A stretch of 64,000 nucleotides of DNA, from the NCBI RefSeq assembly GCF_009914755.1, contig NC_060945.1; one strand, written 5' to 3'. The notes beneath the pieces are model-generated. The model was given only the letters and a program-made list of their open reading frames with translations. It made no database searches and had not been told where the DNA came from. Source of the DNA: the human T2T-CHM13v2.0 reference genome, Homo sapiens. How positions within the stretch are numbered: position 1 is the stretch's first letter; each line of letters opens with the position of its first letter. A program made the position numbers and the translations under genes. Shown here piece after piece: positions 41,034 through 55,286 of the stretch.

Positions 41034-41156
41034 TGAGGACTAAACTCTGATTTTTCTTTTTTTATCTTGCCCAAATTCCTAAAGGGCATGGACAGTCATG
41101 CCCTACAAACCATAAATTCTCATCAGATGGGTTTTATTTAACCTTCTATATCGTGG
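41034..41156 (+). mobile_element. 5' fragment of MER4D/E-like LTR
   Basis: TGAGGACTAAACTCTGATTTT start; inverted match to the adjacent element. Confidence 0.6.
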
Positions 41157-41501
41157 TGTTGACAAAAAGAGTCAAACTCTGTAAAATATTTTAAGAGATT
41201 TATTCTGAGCCAGATATGAATGACCATGGCCCGTGACGCAGCCCTCAGGAAATCCTGAGAACATGTGTCCAAGGTGGTCGGGGCACAGCTTGGTTTTTTA
41301 CTTTTTAGGAAGGCATGAGACAGCAATCTAATACATTTAAGAAATACGTTGGTTTGATTCAGAAAGGCGGGACAACTCAAAGTGGGGGCTTCCAGGCTAT
41401 CGGTGAATTTAAACATTTTCTGGTTGACGGTTGAGTTTGTCTAAAGACCTGGGATCCATAGAAAGGAAATGCTCAGGTTCAGATAAAAGACTGTGGAGAC
41501 C

Positions 41502-41810
<309 letters not shown>

Positions 41811-42194
41811 TTAATGGCTGCCCTTAGAGACAATCGATGACGAATGTTTCCTGTTCACACCTTTAAAAGGTGCTAGACTCTCAGTTAATCTCGTCAGGAT
41901 TGGGAGGGCCTGGAAGAAAAAGATCAAGCTATGTGAATAGAGATTCCTTCCAGATGCACATTTTCTCCCACAAAGGACGGCTTTGCAGGAGCGTCTCAAA
42001 ATATGGCAGGAAACATGTTTCGGGGTAAAATATTTTGATTTTATTCCTTGTCATGTTATGCCAGAGTCAGATTGGAAAGTAAGTTATGACATATAGGGTT
42101 AAATAAAACCCGTCTGATGAGAATTTATGGTTTGTAGGGCATGACTCTCCATATCCCTTAGATAGGAATAGAGGCAAGAAAAAAAATCAGAGCT

Positions 42195-42490
42195 GGCCAG
42201 GCGTGGTGACTCACACCTGTAATCCCAGCACTTTGGGAGGCCAAGACGGGCAGATCACGAGGTCAGGAGATTGAGACCATCCTGGCTAACATGGTGAAAC
42301 CCCGTCTCTACTAAAAATACAAAAAATTAGCTGGGCGTGGTGGTGGGCACCTGTAGTCCCAGCTACTTGGGAGGCTGAGGCAGGAGAATGGCGTGAACCT
42401 GGAGGGCGGAGCTTGGCAGTGAGCCGAGATCGTGCCACTGCACTCCAGCCTGGGCCACAGAGCGAGAATCCACCTCAAAAAAAAAAAAAA
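42195..42490 (+). mobile_element. AluY/Sc-like element
   Basis: TSD AAAAAATCAGAGCT. Confidence 0.9.
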
Positions 42491-43229
42491 TCAGAGCTTA
42501 GTCCTCAGGTTGGTGTAAGATGTGGGATGACAGAAAAGTCTCAGAGCAGTGCCTTCTGAGCTCTTCTACACCAAGCAGGCAGAATGTTCACTGCTAATGA
42601 GGCTGGAGCTGGTCCCCAGCAGTGGTAGGAAGCTTCCAGCAGGCTCAGGCTGTGGGTGCTTGCAGGGGCACAGTGTGACGGCCACGGGCCTCAGAGCTCT
42701 GGTGGGCTCACGAAGGCTCCACTGGACCTACGTCACAGCCTTGGCCCCCTGCCCAGCCCTGGGCCTCCCTTCTTACAGGGGGTGAGTTAGGCACGCTGCT
42801 CCCCAGTAAATCTCAGGGGGCTACACACAGAGCCTGCTTCCCAGAGACACGCAGAGTGGGGGACACAGGAGCTTCCTGTCGAGTCTTTGAAGCAAGGCCA
42901 CCACCGCCATCACCAGGCACACAGGGCCGACACCCGCTTTGTGGTTTCAGCCAGTGGGTCGGGGTTTCTGGCTTGCAGCTAGGGATACTGCTGAGGACAA
43001 GGTACCATGGATCAACCGCTGCTCCCTCCTGCCCTGACAGCTGGGAGCTCTGCAGGGCTCAGCAGGGCAGGCTCACCCCCAACTCATGCAAACGCTATCC
43101 TGATGACACCTGCTGCTGAGTCCCATGCGCCCCAGGCCCCGTCCTTGTCTCTTCTTTCCTCCACCACCTTCGCCCCATAGGTGACACCCCCAGTCCAGAC
43201 CCCCTCCAGGCCGATACCCTAGTCACCTG

Positions 43230-43640
43230 CATTGCATAACAAATCACCCCCAGACTTAGCAGCTCACAATAGACATCGCTGTCTCCCGGTTTCTGAGGCT
43301 CAGGCATCTGGAGCAGCTGAGCTGCATGGCTGGGCTCAGCCTCCTGGGAGGGAAAGGGGGGCCGTCTCTGAGGACCTGGCTGAGGTCTCCTAGCTGCCCC
43401 ACAAGCTGTCGGTGGGAGGCTTCGCTCCCTGCAACATGGCCTCTCACAACATGGCCTCCCAAGGAGTGAGGGATGAGGGGGGCAGGGAGAGGGGGAGAGG
43501 AGGAGAGGGAGACAAATGGAGAGTCAGCAAACATGCTCCGGAGCTGAAGTTTTCATGATCTCGGAGTGACCACCTCTCCCCTGCCCATGTTGCTGGCCTC
43601 GCCACCCACCTGGTACGACTCAGGGGCAGAACCTGGTCCA
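43230..43640. mobile_element. Degenerate MaLR LTR (MLT1-like)
   Basis: GCATAACAAATCACCCCCAGACTTAG and CTCACAACATGGC motifs. Confidence 0.5.
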
Positions 43641-44244
43641 CCCTGGAGGCTCTGGGCTCCACACCACATCCCTGAGGCAAACTTTGGAACTCCTCGGGTG
43701 GCAGGTGCAGCACACCCCTCCCAGATGCCCTTGGGAACTCGAATCTTCTCCCTTGGTCTCAGGAGCCAGTGCGGTGGGTAGCCTGCCTGACCCCCTGCTG
43801 ACCGAGGACCTCCCCACCGGCTGGTGCTGCAGATGGTTCAGATTCCTGTGGCAGGTCAGAGCCAGGCCTGGGAGAAGGGACAGGCAGCACGTGTTGATTT
43901 ACATTTTTTCAGTGTCCTGAGAGGTCTTCAGGCCTCGTGGTCATTTCCAGCTCCGTTCTCGTAATTGCCATTCTGGGAGCCATTGGCGCAAGGGCACCTG
44001 GCACAGAGAGTTTACAGTGGCCACGCTGGCTGCAGTCTTTACCCTGGCGTGGCATCCATCGCTGTCCTTTCACATTTTAAGAACAGTTCTGCTGTATATT
44101 TCCAGAATGCAGATGACTCTGTGGACTCCAGAGATGAAAAGAAACATGTCTGTTCCCTCAGCCTGAAGCCCTGCTCTAGACCAGGTGTCGGCAAACTGCA
44201 GCCCACTGGCTAGATTGGGCCCGCCATCTGTTTGCAAATAAAGG

Positions 44245-44969
44245 TTTTTCTTTCTTTCTTTCTTTCTTTTTGAGATGGAGTCTCACTCTGTCACCCAGGC
44301 TGGAGTGCAAGGGCCTGATCTTGGGTCACTGCAACCTCCCCATCCTGGGTTTAAGTGATTCTCCTGCCTCAGGCTCCTGAGTAGGTGGGACTATAGGTGT
44401 CAGGCCTCTGAGCCCAAGCTAAACCATCATATCCCCTGTGACCTGCACGTATACATCCAGATGGTCTGAAGTAACTGAAGAATCACAAAAGAAGTGAAAA
44501 TGGCCTTAACTGATGACATTACCTTGATTCCTGCCTTAACTGATGACATTACCTTGTGAAATTCCTTCTCCTGGCTCAGAAGCTCCCCCACTGAGCATCT
44601 TGTGACCCCCACCCCTGCCCGCAAGAGAACAACCCCCTTTGACTGTAATTTTCCACAACCTACCCAAATCCTATAAAACAGCCCCACCCCTATCTCCCTT
44701 TGCTGACTCTCTTTTCGGACTCAGCCCACCTGCACCCAGGTGAAATAAACAGCCCTGTTGCTCACTCAAAGCCTGTTTGATGGTCTCTTCACACGGACAC
44801 ACGTGACAATAGGCATGCACCACCATGTTCGGCTAATTTTTTGTATTTTATTAGAGACAGGGTTTCACCATTTTGGCCAGGCTGATTTCAAACTCCTGGC
44901 CTCAACTAATCTGCCCGCCTCAGCCTCCCAAAGTGCTGGGATTACAGACGTGAGCCACCGTGCCCAGTC
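44245..44969 (-). mobile_element. Alu (antisense) split by LTR7
   Basis: Reverse Alu consensus on both sides of the LTR. Confidence 0.88.
44398..44808 (+). mobile_element. HERV-H LTR7-family (LTR7B-like) solo LTR
   Basis: TGTCAGGCCTCTGAGCCCAAG...TGACA; TATAAAA 44672; AATAAA 44744; TSD ATAGG. Confidence 0.9.
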
Positions 44970-45004
44970 CGCAAAGTTTAATTAATATTAGTGCCCAGCT
45001 ATAC

Positions 45005-45693
45005 TGTATTTGTTCATTCTTGCATTGCTATTAAAAAACCCCTCAGATTGGGTAATTTATAAGGAAAGAGGCCTAACTGGCTTACGGTCCTGCAGGCTGT
45101 ACAGGAGGCATGGTGGCTTCTGCTTCTGGGGAGGCTTCAGAAGCTTCCGATCATGATAGAAGGCAAAGCGGGCAGGTGTCTCACATGGCAGGAGTAAGAG
45201 AGAGAGACAGGGGCAGGTGCCACACACTTAAACGACCAGATCTTGCAAGAACTTACTCACTATTACGGGAACAGCACCAAGAGGATGGTGTTCAATCATT
45301 CATGAGAAATGCCTCCTTGATCCAATAACCTTCCACACTGTGGATTACAATTTTTTTGAGACAGAGTCTCGCTCTGTTGCCCAGGCTGGAGTTCAGTGGC
45401 ACGATCTCGGTTCACAGCAACCTCTGTCTCTTGGGTTCAAGTGATTCTCCTGCCTCAGCCTCCGAGTAGCTGGGATTACAGGCGCACACCACCACGCCTG
45501 GCTAATTTTTGTATTTTTAGTAGAGATGGGGTTTCACCATTGGACAAGGCTGGTCTTGAACTCCTGACCTCAAGTGATCTGCCTGCCTCGGCCTCCCAAA
45601 GTGCTGGGATTACAGGTGTGAGCCACTGTGCCTGGCCTGGGGATTACAATTTGACATGACATTTGGGTGGGGCACAGAGCCAATCCACGTAAC
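45005..45693. mobile_element. MST-type MaLR LTR interrupted by an antisense Alu (45351-45638)
   Basis: GGGTAATTTATAAGGAAAGAGG and GGCTTCTGCTTCTGGGGAGGC motifs; Alu TSD GGATTACAATTT. Confidence 0.75.
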
Positions 45694-45710
45694 ATACTGA
45701 TTCATTTATG

Positions 45711-46122
45711 TAGTTGATCCTCGAACCACTCAAGAGTTGGGGGCTTCAACACCCCTTAAAGTTGAAAATCTGTGCATAACTTTTGACTCCTCCAAAACTT
45801 AACTATGAGTAGCTCACTATTGACCAGAAGGAAGGCTTACTGATAGCATCAACACATATTTTGTATGTTGTATTATAAACTGTATTCCTACAATAAAGGG
45901 AACTAGAGAGAAGAAAATGTTATTAAGAAAATCATAAGGAAGATAAAATATATTTACATTAAGTAGAAGCAGGTCATCATAAAGGCCTTGCCGTCTTCCT
46001 GTGAGTAGGAGAAGGGGGAGGAGGAGGGGGTGGTCTAGCATCTCAGGGGTGGCAGAGGCGGAAGAAAATCTGCATAGAAGTGGATCCCCGCAGCTGAAAC
46101 CCGTGTCGTTCAGGGTCAGCCG
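45711..46122. mobile_element. Tigger2a/MER28-like DNA transposon
   Basis: Degenerate AGTTGA(C/T)CCT..GAAC terminal inverted repeats; recalled internal consensus. Confidence 0.7.
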
Positions 46123-47006
46123 AATGGCCCACGGCTGCCTTCCCACTGCAAGGGCAGAGGCGAGGAGCTGGGACAGAGACCACGTGGCCGGCAAAGCCTG
46201 CCACAGCGACCATGCGGCCCTGTGCAGAGAGTTTGCTGCTCCTGCTCTAGCTGGGACCTCCCTCCTTCCTGGAGTGTCCTCTGAGGAGCCCGCCGCCTGT
46301 CACCTGCTCCCGCGCCTCACTCAGGACCAGAGTGTGCCAGTGCCTGCGGCCCTGTCACTGCCTTTTTCTCCAGTTGTGGTTTCCTCCTGCTGCCAGAGCA
46401 GGGCCCTTTTTACCTGGGCCTCGTGCCCACACCGTGAGAAACACTTTGTGCCAAGTGCTTTCTCCTCTGAACTCGAGAGGACTCTCCATGGAGATTGGTA
46501 CCTGCCAATCGGGTTTTATGGTCGCGTGTCCTCTCTTTTATGGGAAGAATATCGCGTAATTGCTACTGCAGCAGCGTCCGGGCAGACAGACGTGCAGTGT
46601 GCGGTTCTTCTCTAGAAAGGCAGGAGCCGCTCCCAGGGCGATGTGGGCCCGGCTGTTTCATCAGAGATGGTCAGCTTGGTACCTACTTCACCTTAAATGA
46701 TGTTCCCACAGAGGCCCCGGGATACTTGGAAACAAGCGCCCAGCCCCTCTCGCAGATGGCTCTGCAGTTACGACTGTCTTATAAAATATTAACTGCCTTG
46801 CGTTATGTTTTTAGTTAACGAGATGGCTCTCTAGCCAGAAAGCACCCAGGGCAGGGGCACTGGATGGGGCTCTGCTGACATGGAGCGGGTGAAAGGGAGG
46901 GCGTCTTCACCTCCTTTGTCTGTTAAGGGGGCTCTAAGACACCTCTCTGGGGGTGTTGCTGATTGTGATAGGACCCAACTCCTGCAGTGGGTGCTCGTCG
47001 AGCACA

Positions 47007-47155
47007 TCTAGTTGCAGGGTGGACCGGGCGAGGACTGTACCGTCCAGCAGGGCGCAGCTGCGGGTGTGTGGGGACACTGTGTCTAGTTGCAGGGTGGACC
47101 GGGCGGAGGACTGTACCGTCCAGCAGGGCGCGGCTGCGGGTGTGTGGGGACACCG
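47007..47155. repeat. 75-bp tandem duplication x2
   Basis: TCTAGTTGCAGGGTGGACCGGGCG... twice. Confidence 0.85.
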
Positions 47156-47999
47156 TGCTGGCCACTCTGGAGGGCAGCTTCCGGCCATGCTTGTGCAGAG
47201 CACAGTGTCCTGAAGAGGTGACAGTGTCCTGAGTGCTGTCCTACACCAGGGGCTATGACCGCCTTCCCACCACTTTGCAGGCACCAGGATGGTGGGTTAG
47301 TGAGATGGTGGACATCCTTGGGCGCGCCAGCACCGCTGGCTGGCTCATCTGCGGAGGGCCTTCCAGAGGCGTGTGCTCTGGGCAGTAGTCTGGGCAGCAG
47401 GCCTGCACACCCAGGGAGGAAATGAGGGTGGCGGGTCAGGCAGTAGTCTGGGGGCACCCTCCCTCCTCCCAGATCAGAGGCCACAGGACCTCTTCACTTC
47501 CCTGGACATGGAGGCCAGCAGGGCCCAGGAATGGCAGCCGGGTATCGCCCGCTGGTGGCAAGGAAGGGGCGGACAGTGTGGCTTTGTGGGGTGAAAGGGC
47601 GTCTGGGTCACTTGGGAAAGGCACATTCGCCTTCTCAGGCATCAGAGGGCAGTCCCCGTCCCTCCCCAAGCCAGAGAGTGGGCAGCACACAGGGTGGAGT
47701 TAGACATCCATGGGGCCCCGTGGCCAGCACCTGCCGCGATGGGGACTGCTGGGCTTGATCTTTCTGGCTGTTCCTGTCCCCTCCACTGTGACACATCCAG
47801 GGAGCAGGCCCTGAGCCTGCCCCAGCCTTGGGGTCCTGCCTCTCTCACTGGGAATGGTCCCTGGCTTGGGGCCACATCTGGGGTGCTGGGGGAGGGGGCT
47901 GCAGAGGTCTTCGAGAAGGGGGTCCTGGGTCTCGTTGTGGGGGGGGTCTCACTCAGGCCCAGGTCCCCCTGCGACTCCTGCCCTGCCTTTCCCGCTCCC

Positions 48000-49100
48000 G
48001 TTGGCCATTCAGGGCTTAAAGATAATCGCGGCACTCGCCGGTTTAAAGGAGACACGTGCCCCCAACCCTCCGAAGGCACACATCCGCGCGAGGGTCCGGT
48101 TCCAGGTCTCTGGGGGAGGGCGGGCTCGCAGGCGGGGTGTCTGGGCCCAGCCTTCCCTGGCGTGTCCTTGGCTCTAGCTGCGGGCGCGGGACGCGGCGCG
48201 GGAGACGCTCTCCGGGCTGAGTGACGCAGAGCGCTGCGGGCGGCTCCACTGCACCGGGCACGCGGCGCACGCTCGGGCGAGATGTGGATGGCCCCGCGGG
48301 GCCAGGGCGGCGGTGCTGCGCGGGGACGCGGGTGACGCCGGGGCGCGGGCGGCTCCGAGCAGGTAGGTGCCCGCCGGGGCCGGGGCGAGGGCGCGAGCCC
48401 GGGTGCGGGGACTGAGGCGGCCGTCCCGGGAGCTTGTGAAGGTTGAGGCGGGGTGCAAGGGCGCGGACCGGGGTGCCGAGTGCGTGCAGGGGTGCGGGGT
48501 GCGGGGACCGAGGCGGCCGGCCCCGGTGCTGCTGCAGGGCGCGGCGGAGTGCAGGGGCGCGGTGGGGTGCAGGGGCGCAGGCGGGGTTCGGGGCGCTGGT
48601 GCAGGGCGCGGTGGGGTGCAAGGGCGCAGGCGGGGTTCGGGGCGCTGGTGCAGGGCACGGCGGGGTGCAGGGGCGCGGGTGGGGCTCGAGGCGCTGGTGC
48701 AGGGCGCGGTGGGGTGCAGGGGCGCGAAGGGGCTCCGGGCACTGGTGCAGGGTGCGGTGGGGTGCAGGGGCGGGCGGGGTTCGGGGCGCTGGTGCAGGGG
48801 CACCGGTGGGGTTCGGGGCGCGGACTGGAGCACCCAGTGTGCGCAGAGGCGCGGGGCGCTGACTGGGAGCCGGGTGCGGTCTGTTTGCGGGACGCCTTGC
48901 CGCTGGAGCGACCCTGTCCGGCTGGCGCGAGGGGACCCGGGGATGAGGGACTCAGCCGTCCTCGTGCCCCTGCCCGTCCGCCGGGACAGCAGGGCCCGCT
49001 TCTGGGGCGCTTACTTCCTCCGTCCCCGCACCCGCCTCTGCCTGCCCAGTCTCCGAAGCGCTGGCTTTCACGCGGGGATTTCAGAAGATGCCCGAGCAAC
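48000..49100 (+). promoter_or_regulatory. CpG island; probable distal TRPM2 promoter with non-coding first exon ending at 48362 (CAG|GTAGGT)
   Basis: Very CpG-rich; strong donor; candidate acceptors at 51687 and 51709 before the ATG. Confidence 0.7.
48440..48830. repeat. ~48-bp G-rich VNTR in the TRPM2 CpG island
   Basis: GCGCTGGTGCAGGGCGCGGTGGGGTGCAGGGGCGC units. Confidence 0.88.
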
Positions 49101-50820
49101 CTCCAGAGAGGGCAGGGAGGCCACACGGTGTACCGAGGGAGTGCAGGGCGCGCCTGTCCCAGTCCTGCTGGTGCCAGAGGCCCGCCCTGCCCAGACAGAA
49201 CCTTCCATTTCCCCGGGGAATCTGCTGGGCTGGGCTGGGCTGGCTGGGGGCGGGTGGGCACACCAGGATCCTCTCGAGTCGCCTGGTCCTGGGCTCGCGT
49301 GCCAACGAGTCTTCTTGAATTCGGCCTAGGTGATGGTGGTAGTGGTCTTCCCGCTGCCACCCCTGCCATGCGGGACCCCCGGGGCTGAGGGAGGGGCTGC
49401 TCAGTGGCTAACCCTGAAGGGTAGGGAATGCTGCCCCAACCCACACTCCCTGGGGCTCCACTGCCCCCTTTCTCCGGGAATAGCTCTGTGCAGGGCTTGG
49501 GTTTGGAAATCCACCCACATGGGGCCTTGCCTTGCTCAGGCCTGCTTCATGCATCTGTCTTCTGGAAGCTCATTTCCTGAGTGCTCTCAACACTCACACC
49601 TGTGCCAGTTGCTTGTGGAGAATTTTAGCTGTGAACCAGGGTGGCCCAAGCTGTTCTCAGGTGACTTGTGAGAAAGGGATTGAGCCTGTAATTTTGGGTA
49701 GAAGAACCCCAGAAAGGGCTGGATGGGCCCTTGGAAGGTCGTTGCCAGGCCTGGGTTTTCAGGGTTCTGCACCCCTGGGCTGAGGCTGAGGCACCCGTCC
49801 TGTTGGGCACTGGGTCGAGCCATTGGCCCCCCCACAGCGGGCATCAGATGCTCACAGGGGCTCCTGGCTGCCTCCTGCAAAGTCGGGTGGTGCTGGAGCA
49901 GGTCTGACCTGCTTCCCAGGGCCTGCTTGCCTCTGGGATTAGAGGAACCTGCACAAGACCCCAGGGGCTGTGCTGAGGTGGACAGCTGCCTGAAAGATGA
50001 GCGTGTGAACAGAACATGCTGGTCTTAAGGCAGAGAGTCCCACACCGTGGACCCTCCCGTCTGATGCTGGGGTCTTCGTTTCCAGCGTGGAGCCATCCTC
50101 ATCCCGTGCAGGGTGGACCGCCTGCCTGGGGAGCCACCTGCAGTCTGGGTCCCCTTGCGGTGCCACTGCGATCTCTCTAGAGCCTCCTCTTCCTCCTGCC
50201 ACTGGGGACATCTCTGCCCCTCTGCTTCCCTCGGAAGCTGGTTGTGAAGCCGGGCCAGTGGCTGCGGGGACAGCTCATGGCCCTGGAAAGACCCCACTGG
50301 CATGCGGCACAACATCTGCTCTGAGAACTGCAGGAAAAGGCCGGGCAGGGCACCCCTGCCATCCTGCCAGTGAAGTTTACGGGTCTCGGAATGAGTGTGG
50401 CCAAGGGGCAAAGGGGAGGAGGGAGAGGGGGAGGTGGGGTTGCCTGAGAGTGCCCGCCCCAGGACAGCAGCCCGTAGCTCAGCCCCAAGAGCCCGGCACC
50501 GAGCTTCGAGCTGCGTGGCCCCGAAGAGGGGCTCAGTCACCTAATGTGATGAGGGGACGGCAGAGCAAAGGCTTGTCTGACAGTGACCGTCGTGTGTAGT
50601 GGAGAGGACGTGGCCAGAGATCTGGTTTCAGGGCAGGGATGAGGGGGGATTCCAGTCAGATCTTTTGCATCCCAGCAACCCTCCCCTTGACACCTTTGGG
50701 GCAGTGGCAGGGGATGACCATGGATGACCTCATGAGAACACTGTGGGTGTCAGGGACTCAGGGAGGCCCCGCAGGGCTTGAACATGCTTATGTTTCTCAT
50801 TTGTAAAGGGAGGGCAGTCA

Positions 50821-51286
<466 letters not shown>

Positions 51287-51787
51287 CTATTTAAAAAAAT
51301 TTTGGAATATGAAAGTAGTCACTGGTGTCTGGAAGCAGGAGCTGTGCAGAATTGTACAGTTGCGAAACCATGTCGCTGGCAGCTGGTGCTGGCGGTGGAG
51401 ACTTCCCTGTGCGGTGCTCAGTGCAGCTGCACCCGTGGGGGAGGGAGCTCTTTCTCTGGCCCTGCAGTGACCTGAGGTTGTTACCATTATGAACGGCCGC
51501 TGGGACCCCCGCATGTGCATGTACTCCCCCAGAGTGTCCGGGGGCCCCAGCCAAGGGACACAGCTCAGGCAGCTGGGAACATGTGCAGGCTGATGAAGAG
51601 AACCGGATGAGGGCTTCACATGAGGAAGCATGTGGCCAGGTCCTCTCAGAACATCAGCCTCATCTTCCTGTCTCTGATCTATTTCAGCAACCACCCCATG
51701 TGTCTCTAGAACCCCAGTGTAGCGAGCTGGAGAGAGGACTGTCCTGAGGGCAGCAGGCCTGGTTGCAGCTGGCGTGGGGGTCTCAGA

Positions 51788-51952
51788 ATGGAGCCCTCAG
51801 CCCTGAGGAAAGCTGGCTCGGAGCAGGAGGAGGGCTTTGAGGGGCTGCCCAGAAGGGTCACTGACCTGGGGATGGTCTCCAATCTCCGGCGCAGCAACAG
51901 CAGCCTCTTCAAGAGCTGGAGGCTACAGTGCCCCTTCGGCAACAATGACAAG
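51788..51952 (+). CDS. TRPM2: TRPM2 coding exon 1 (MEPSALRKAG...PFGNNDK)
   Basis: AGAATGG start; donor AAG|GTAGGC; 165 nt. Confidence 0.96.
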
Positions 51953-52734
51953 GTAGGCTTTCTGCTGGTCAGCCTGCAGTTGGCACGTGGCCACGGAGGT
52001 CACCGTTGGGCAGGTCATAGCTTGAGGCTGTGACGACGGGGGTGGGAAAGGGTCTGCTGACCTTGGGGGCTCCTGCCCAACCATACCTTTGGGAGAACAG
52101 AACTGGGGAGGGTGATGCGTGTCTCGTCTTCTGTGGGTTGCATGACCATTTCCCATGGTTGGTCTGATTGGGAAATCACCGGGTTAACTCAAAAATGTTG
52201 CGCTAGAGTCCTGGAAATCTGTTACCCGTGCTTACCTTGTTGCATAATGATTTCACATCCTTTATCCGATTGGGAGGGCCTGGGCCTGGGCTAGCTTTCC
52301 CCAAAGCCCTGGATACAAAGACACAAGTATGTTGAAAGCACATGGCATCTTGCAGTCCCCTTGCCAGGCAGGCAGGAGGGTGGCTGCCCTTTTTCCGATG
52401 GTGCAAGATCCAGGTCCCCAGATCCCCAGCCTCCACGTTTTCCACCACACCATGTTGTTCCCAAGGAAGGTGGTGGTGCTGTAGAAACTGTAAAGTGCGC
52501 GCACATTCAAAATGGTCCCAAGAGGAAATGATTTCTTAGATTCATTCCTCCCTCCTGAATCCCCACCGGAGAGTCTTGGCAAGGTGCTTCTAATCTTTGG
52601 CTCAGGGTCGCGCAGGCTTCCTTCCTTCAAGCAAATAGTGTGAAAGCTCCTCAAGGAGCTCAGATGTGTCTCCAGGGGGCTGGGTGTGCTCTTTCGAATG
52701 TTGGAAGATCTCAGTGTGCTGTCTTTACCTTCAG

Positions 52735-52823
52735 CAAGAAAGCCTCAGTTCGTGGATTCCTGAAAACATCAAGAAGAAAGAATGCGTGTATTTTGTGGAA
52801 AGTTCCAAACTGTCTGATGCTGG
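52735..52823 (+). CDS. TRPM2: TRPM2 coding exon 2 (QESLSSWIPENIKKKECVYFVESSKLSDA)
   Basis: cttcAG / GTAAGT, 89 nt. Confidence 0.96.
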
Positions 52824-53907
52824 GTAAGTGACGTGATTTGTGTGTAAGACCTCTGACTTCTTCCTTCCGATCCCACATGGAGTAGCTGATCAGGCCAAGA
52901 CCCCTCAGGGCCTCAGTGAAGGGTCACTGGAGATACCTCTGTCTCCATACGAGGCTTAGAGTCCACAGAGCATTTCCACCTAACCCTTGCAAGCCTCCTG
53001 TCGGGGACAGTTGACCCTCATCCTGCCTCGCAGGTGCAGGGACCAAAGTGCAGAGTTTAGGTGACTTGTTCAGGGTCATAAGGGCACTGTCGCGCGGCGA
53101 GGCCCAGTGGTGTGAACACAGATGCATCCTCTAATCCTCTCATTTCCACACCTGCCCCCACCCCAAGAGAGAGAGTCCCAGGGTCCAGGAACTGGAAGGG
53201 CCTTAGGGAGAGTCCATGGCCAGAAGACTGCCCCCCTGCACAGCTTGCCAAAGCCAGAGGCCCGACTTGCCCCCAGGCCCCACAGAGCCCCCTTTGCCCC
53301 TCCTCCCCACAGAGCCCACGACTCAGGTGTGGCCAAGACCCCCGCCCAGGCAACATGGCCACTGTCTCTGAGTGGCTGGATATGGCCCTCCGGAGCCGAT
53401 GGTGCTCCCCGCAGTTGGCGCCCCTTTAGGCACGGACAGAGTGTTGATTCATGTTTGTGTGCCCTCCCCGAGCAACACCCATTTCATGCTCTTCCACAAA
53501 TGGGCCACACGCTTCCTCCTTTTACTCCATTGCCTGGTGAGCTCCTACTTATCCCTCAAGGCCTATTGCAGATGCTGCCTCTGCCGTGCAGCCTTCCGTG
53601 ACTATACAACCTCTACCAGGAAGTGAGCTTCCCTCCTACCGCACCGTGTGTTTCTCTTTGATCCCAGCTGTCGTGCTGTAACTGTGTGGCTTTGTGTTCA
53701 TCTTTCTTGCTAGCTGCTGAGCTTCTGGGGGGCTGGGACGAAAGCAGAGTGTTGTGTTAATTCCCAGAGAGTGGCCTTCAGCTCATATTTACTGAATATG
53801 GGGAGGGAGAAGCATCCTGTGCTTGGGAAATAGAAGAAGACTGTGTTGCCCCAGGGTACCTCTAGTGTACTCGGTACATCATCAGAGTTTCACGGTCACC
53901 AATACAA

Positions 53908-54366
53908 CAGCTGTCCCTCCGCATCCCTGGGGAATTGTTCCCGGACACCCACGGACACCAAAATCCCATATCTCGTATCAGTCCCAAAATCTCATATCAA
54001 GTCACTGATATGAGATGGTGTGGTATTTGCATATAAACTATGTACATCCTTCAGCATACTTTAAATCATCTCTAGATTACTTATAATACCTGATACAATG
54101 TAGATGTTATAAAAATAGTTATACTGCATTTAAAAAATTTGTATTTTTGGGCCGGGCGCGGTGGCTCACGCCTGTAATCCCAGCACTTTGGGAGGCCGAG
54201 GCAGGTGATCCACCCGCCTCGGCCTCCCAAAGTGCTGGGATTACAGGCGTGAGCCACTGCATCTGGCTATGTTATTTTTAATTGTTTTTTTTTTTCCTGA
54301 ATATTTTTAGTCTGCGTTTGGCTGAATCTGCAGATGCAAAACTCGCGGCCATGGAGGGCTGGATGT
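53908..54366. mobile_element. MER2-like Tigger MITE containing a fold-back Alu remnant
   Basis: CAG..GTCCCTC / GAGGGC..TG termini; ACTTTAAATCATCTCTAGATTACTTATAATACC core. Confidence 0.7.
54150..54268. repeat. Inverted pair of Alu 5' ends forming a palindrome
   Basis: 54161-54202 is the exact reverse complement of 54216-54257. Confidence 0.95.
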
Positions 54367-54444
54367 AGAGACAGTGATGAAGAGCCCCATGTGGAAGGAG
54401 CGGGGTCTGTAGAGCAGTGGTACTCCAGCCTCGGAGCTCACCCT

Positions 54445-55286
<842 letters not shown>

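Larger units (their letters stand above)
44182..46244 (+). mobile_element. MER58-like hAT MITE fragmented by nested insertions
   Basis: CAGG..GGCAAAC and GTTTGC..CCTG termini; 8-bp TSD ctctagac / ctctagct. Confidence 0.6.

Noticed and set aside
47642-49444. 600-aa minus-strand ORF and overlapping 300-aa ORFs
   Set aside because: Produced by the GC-rich CpG island and VNTR lacking stops; low-complexity Pro/Arg/Ala, no domain.
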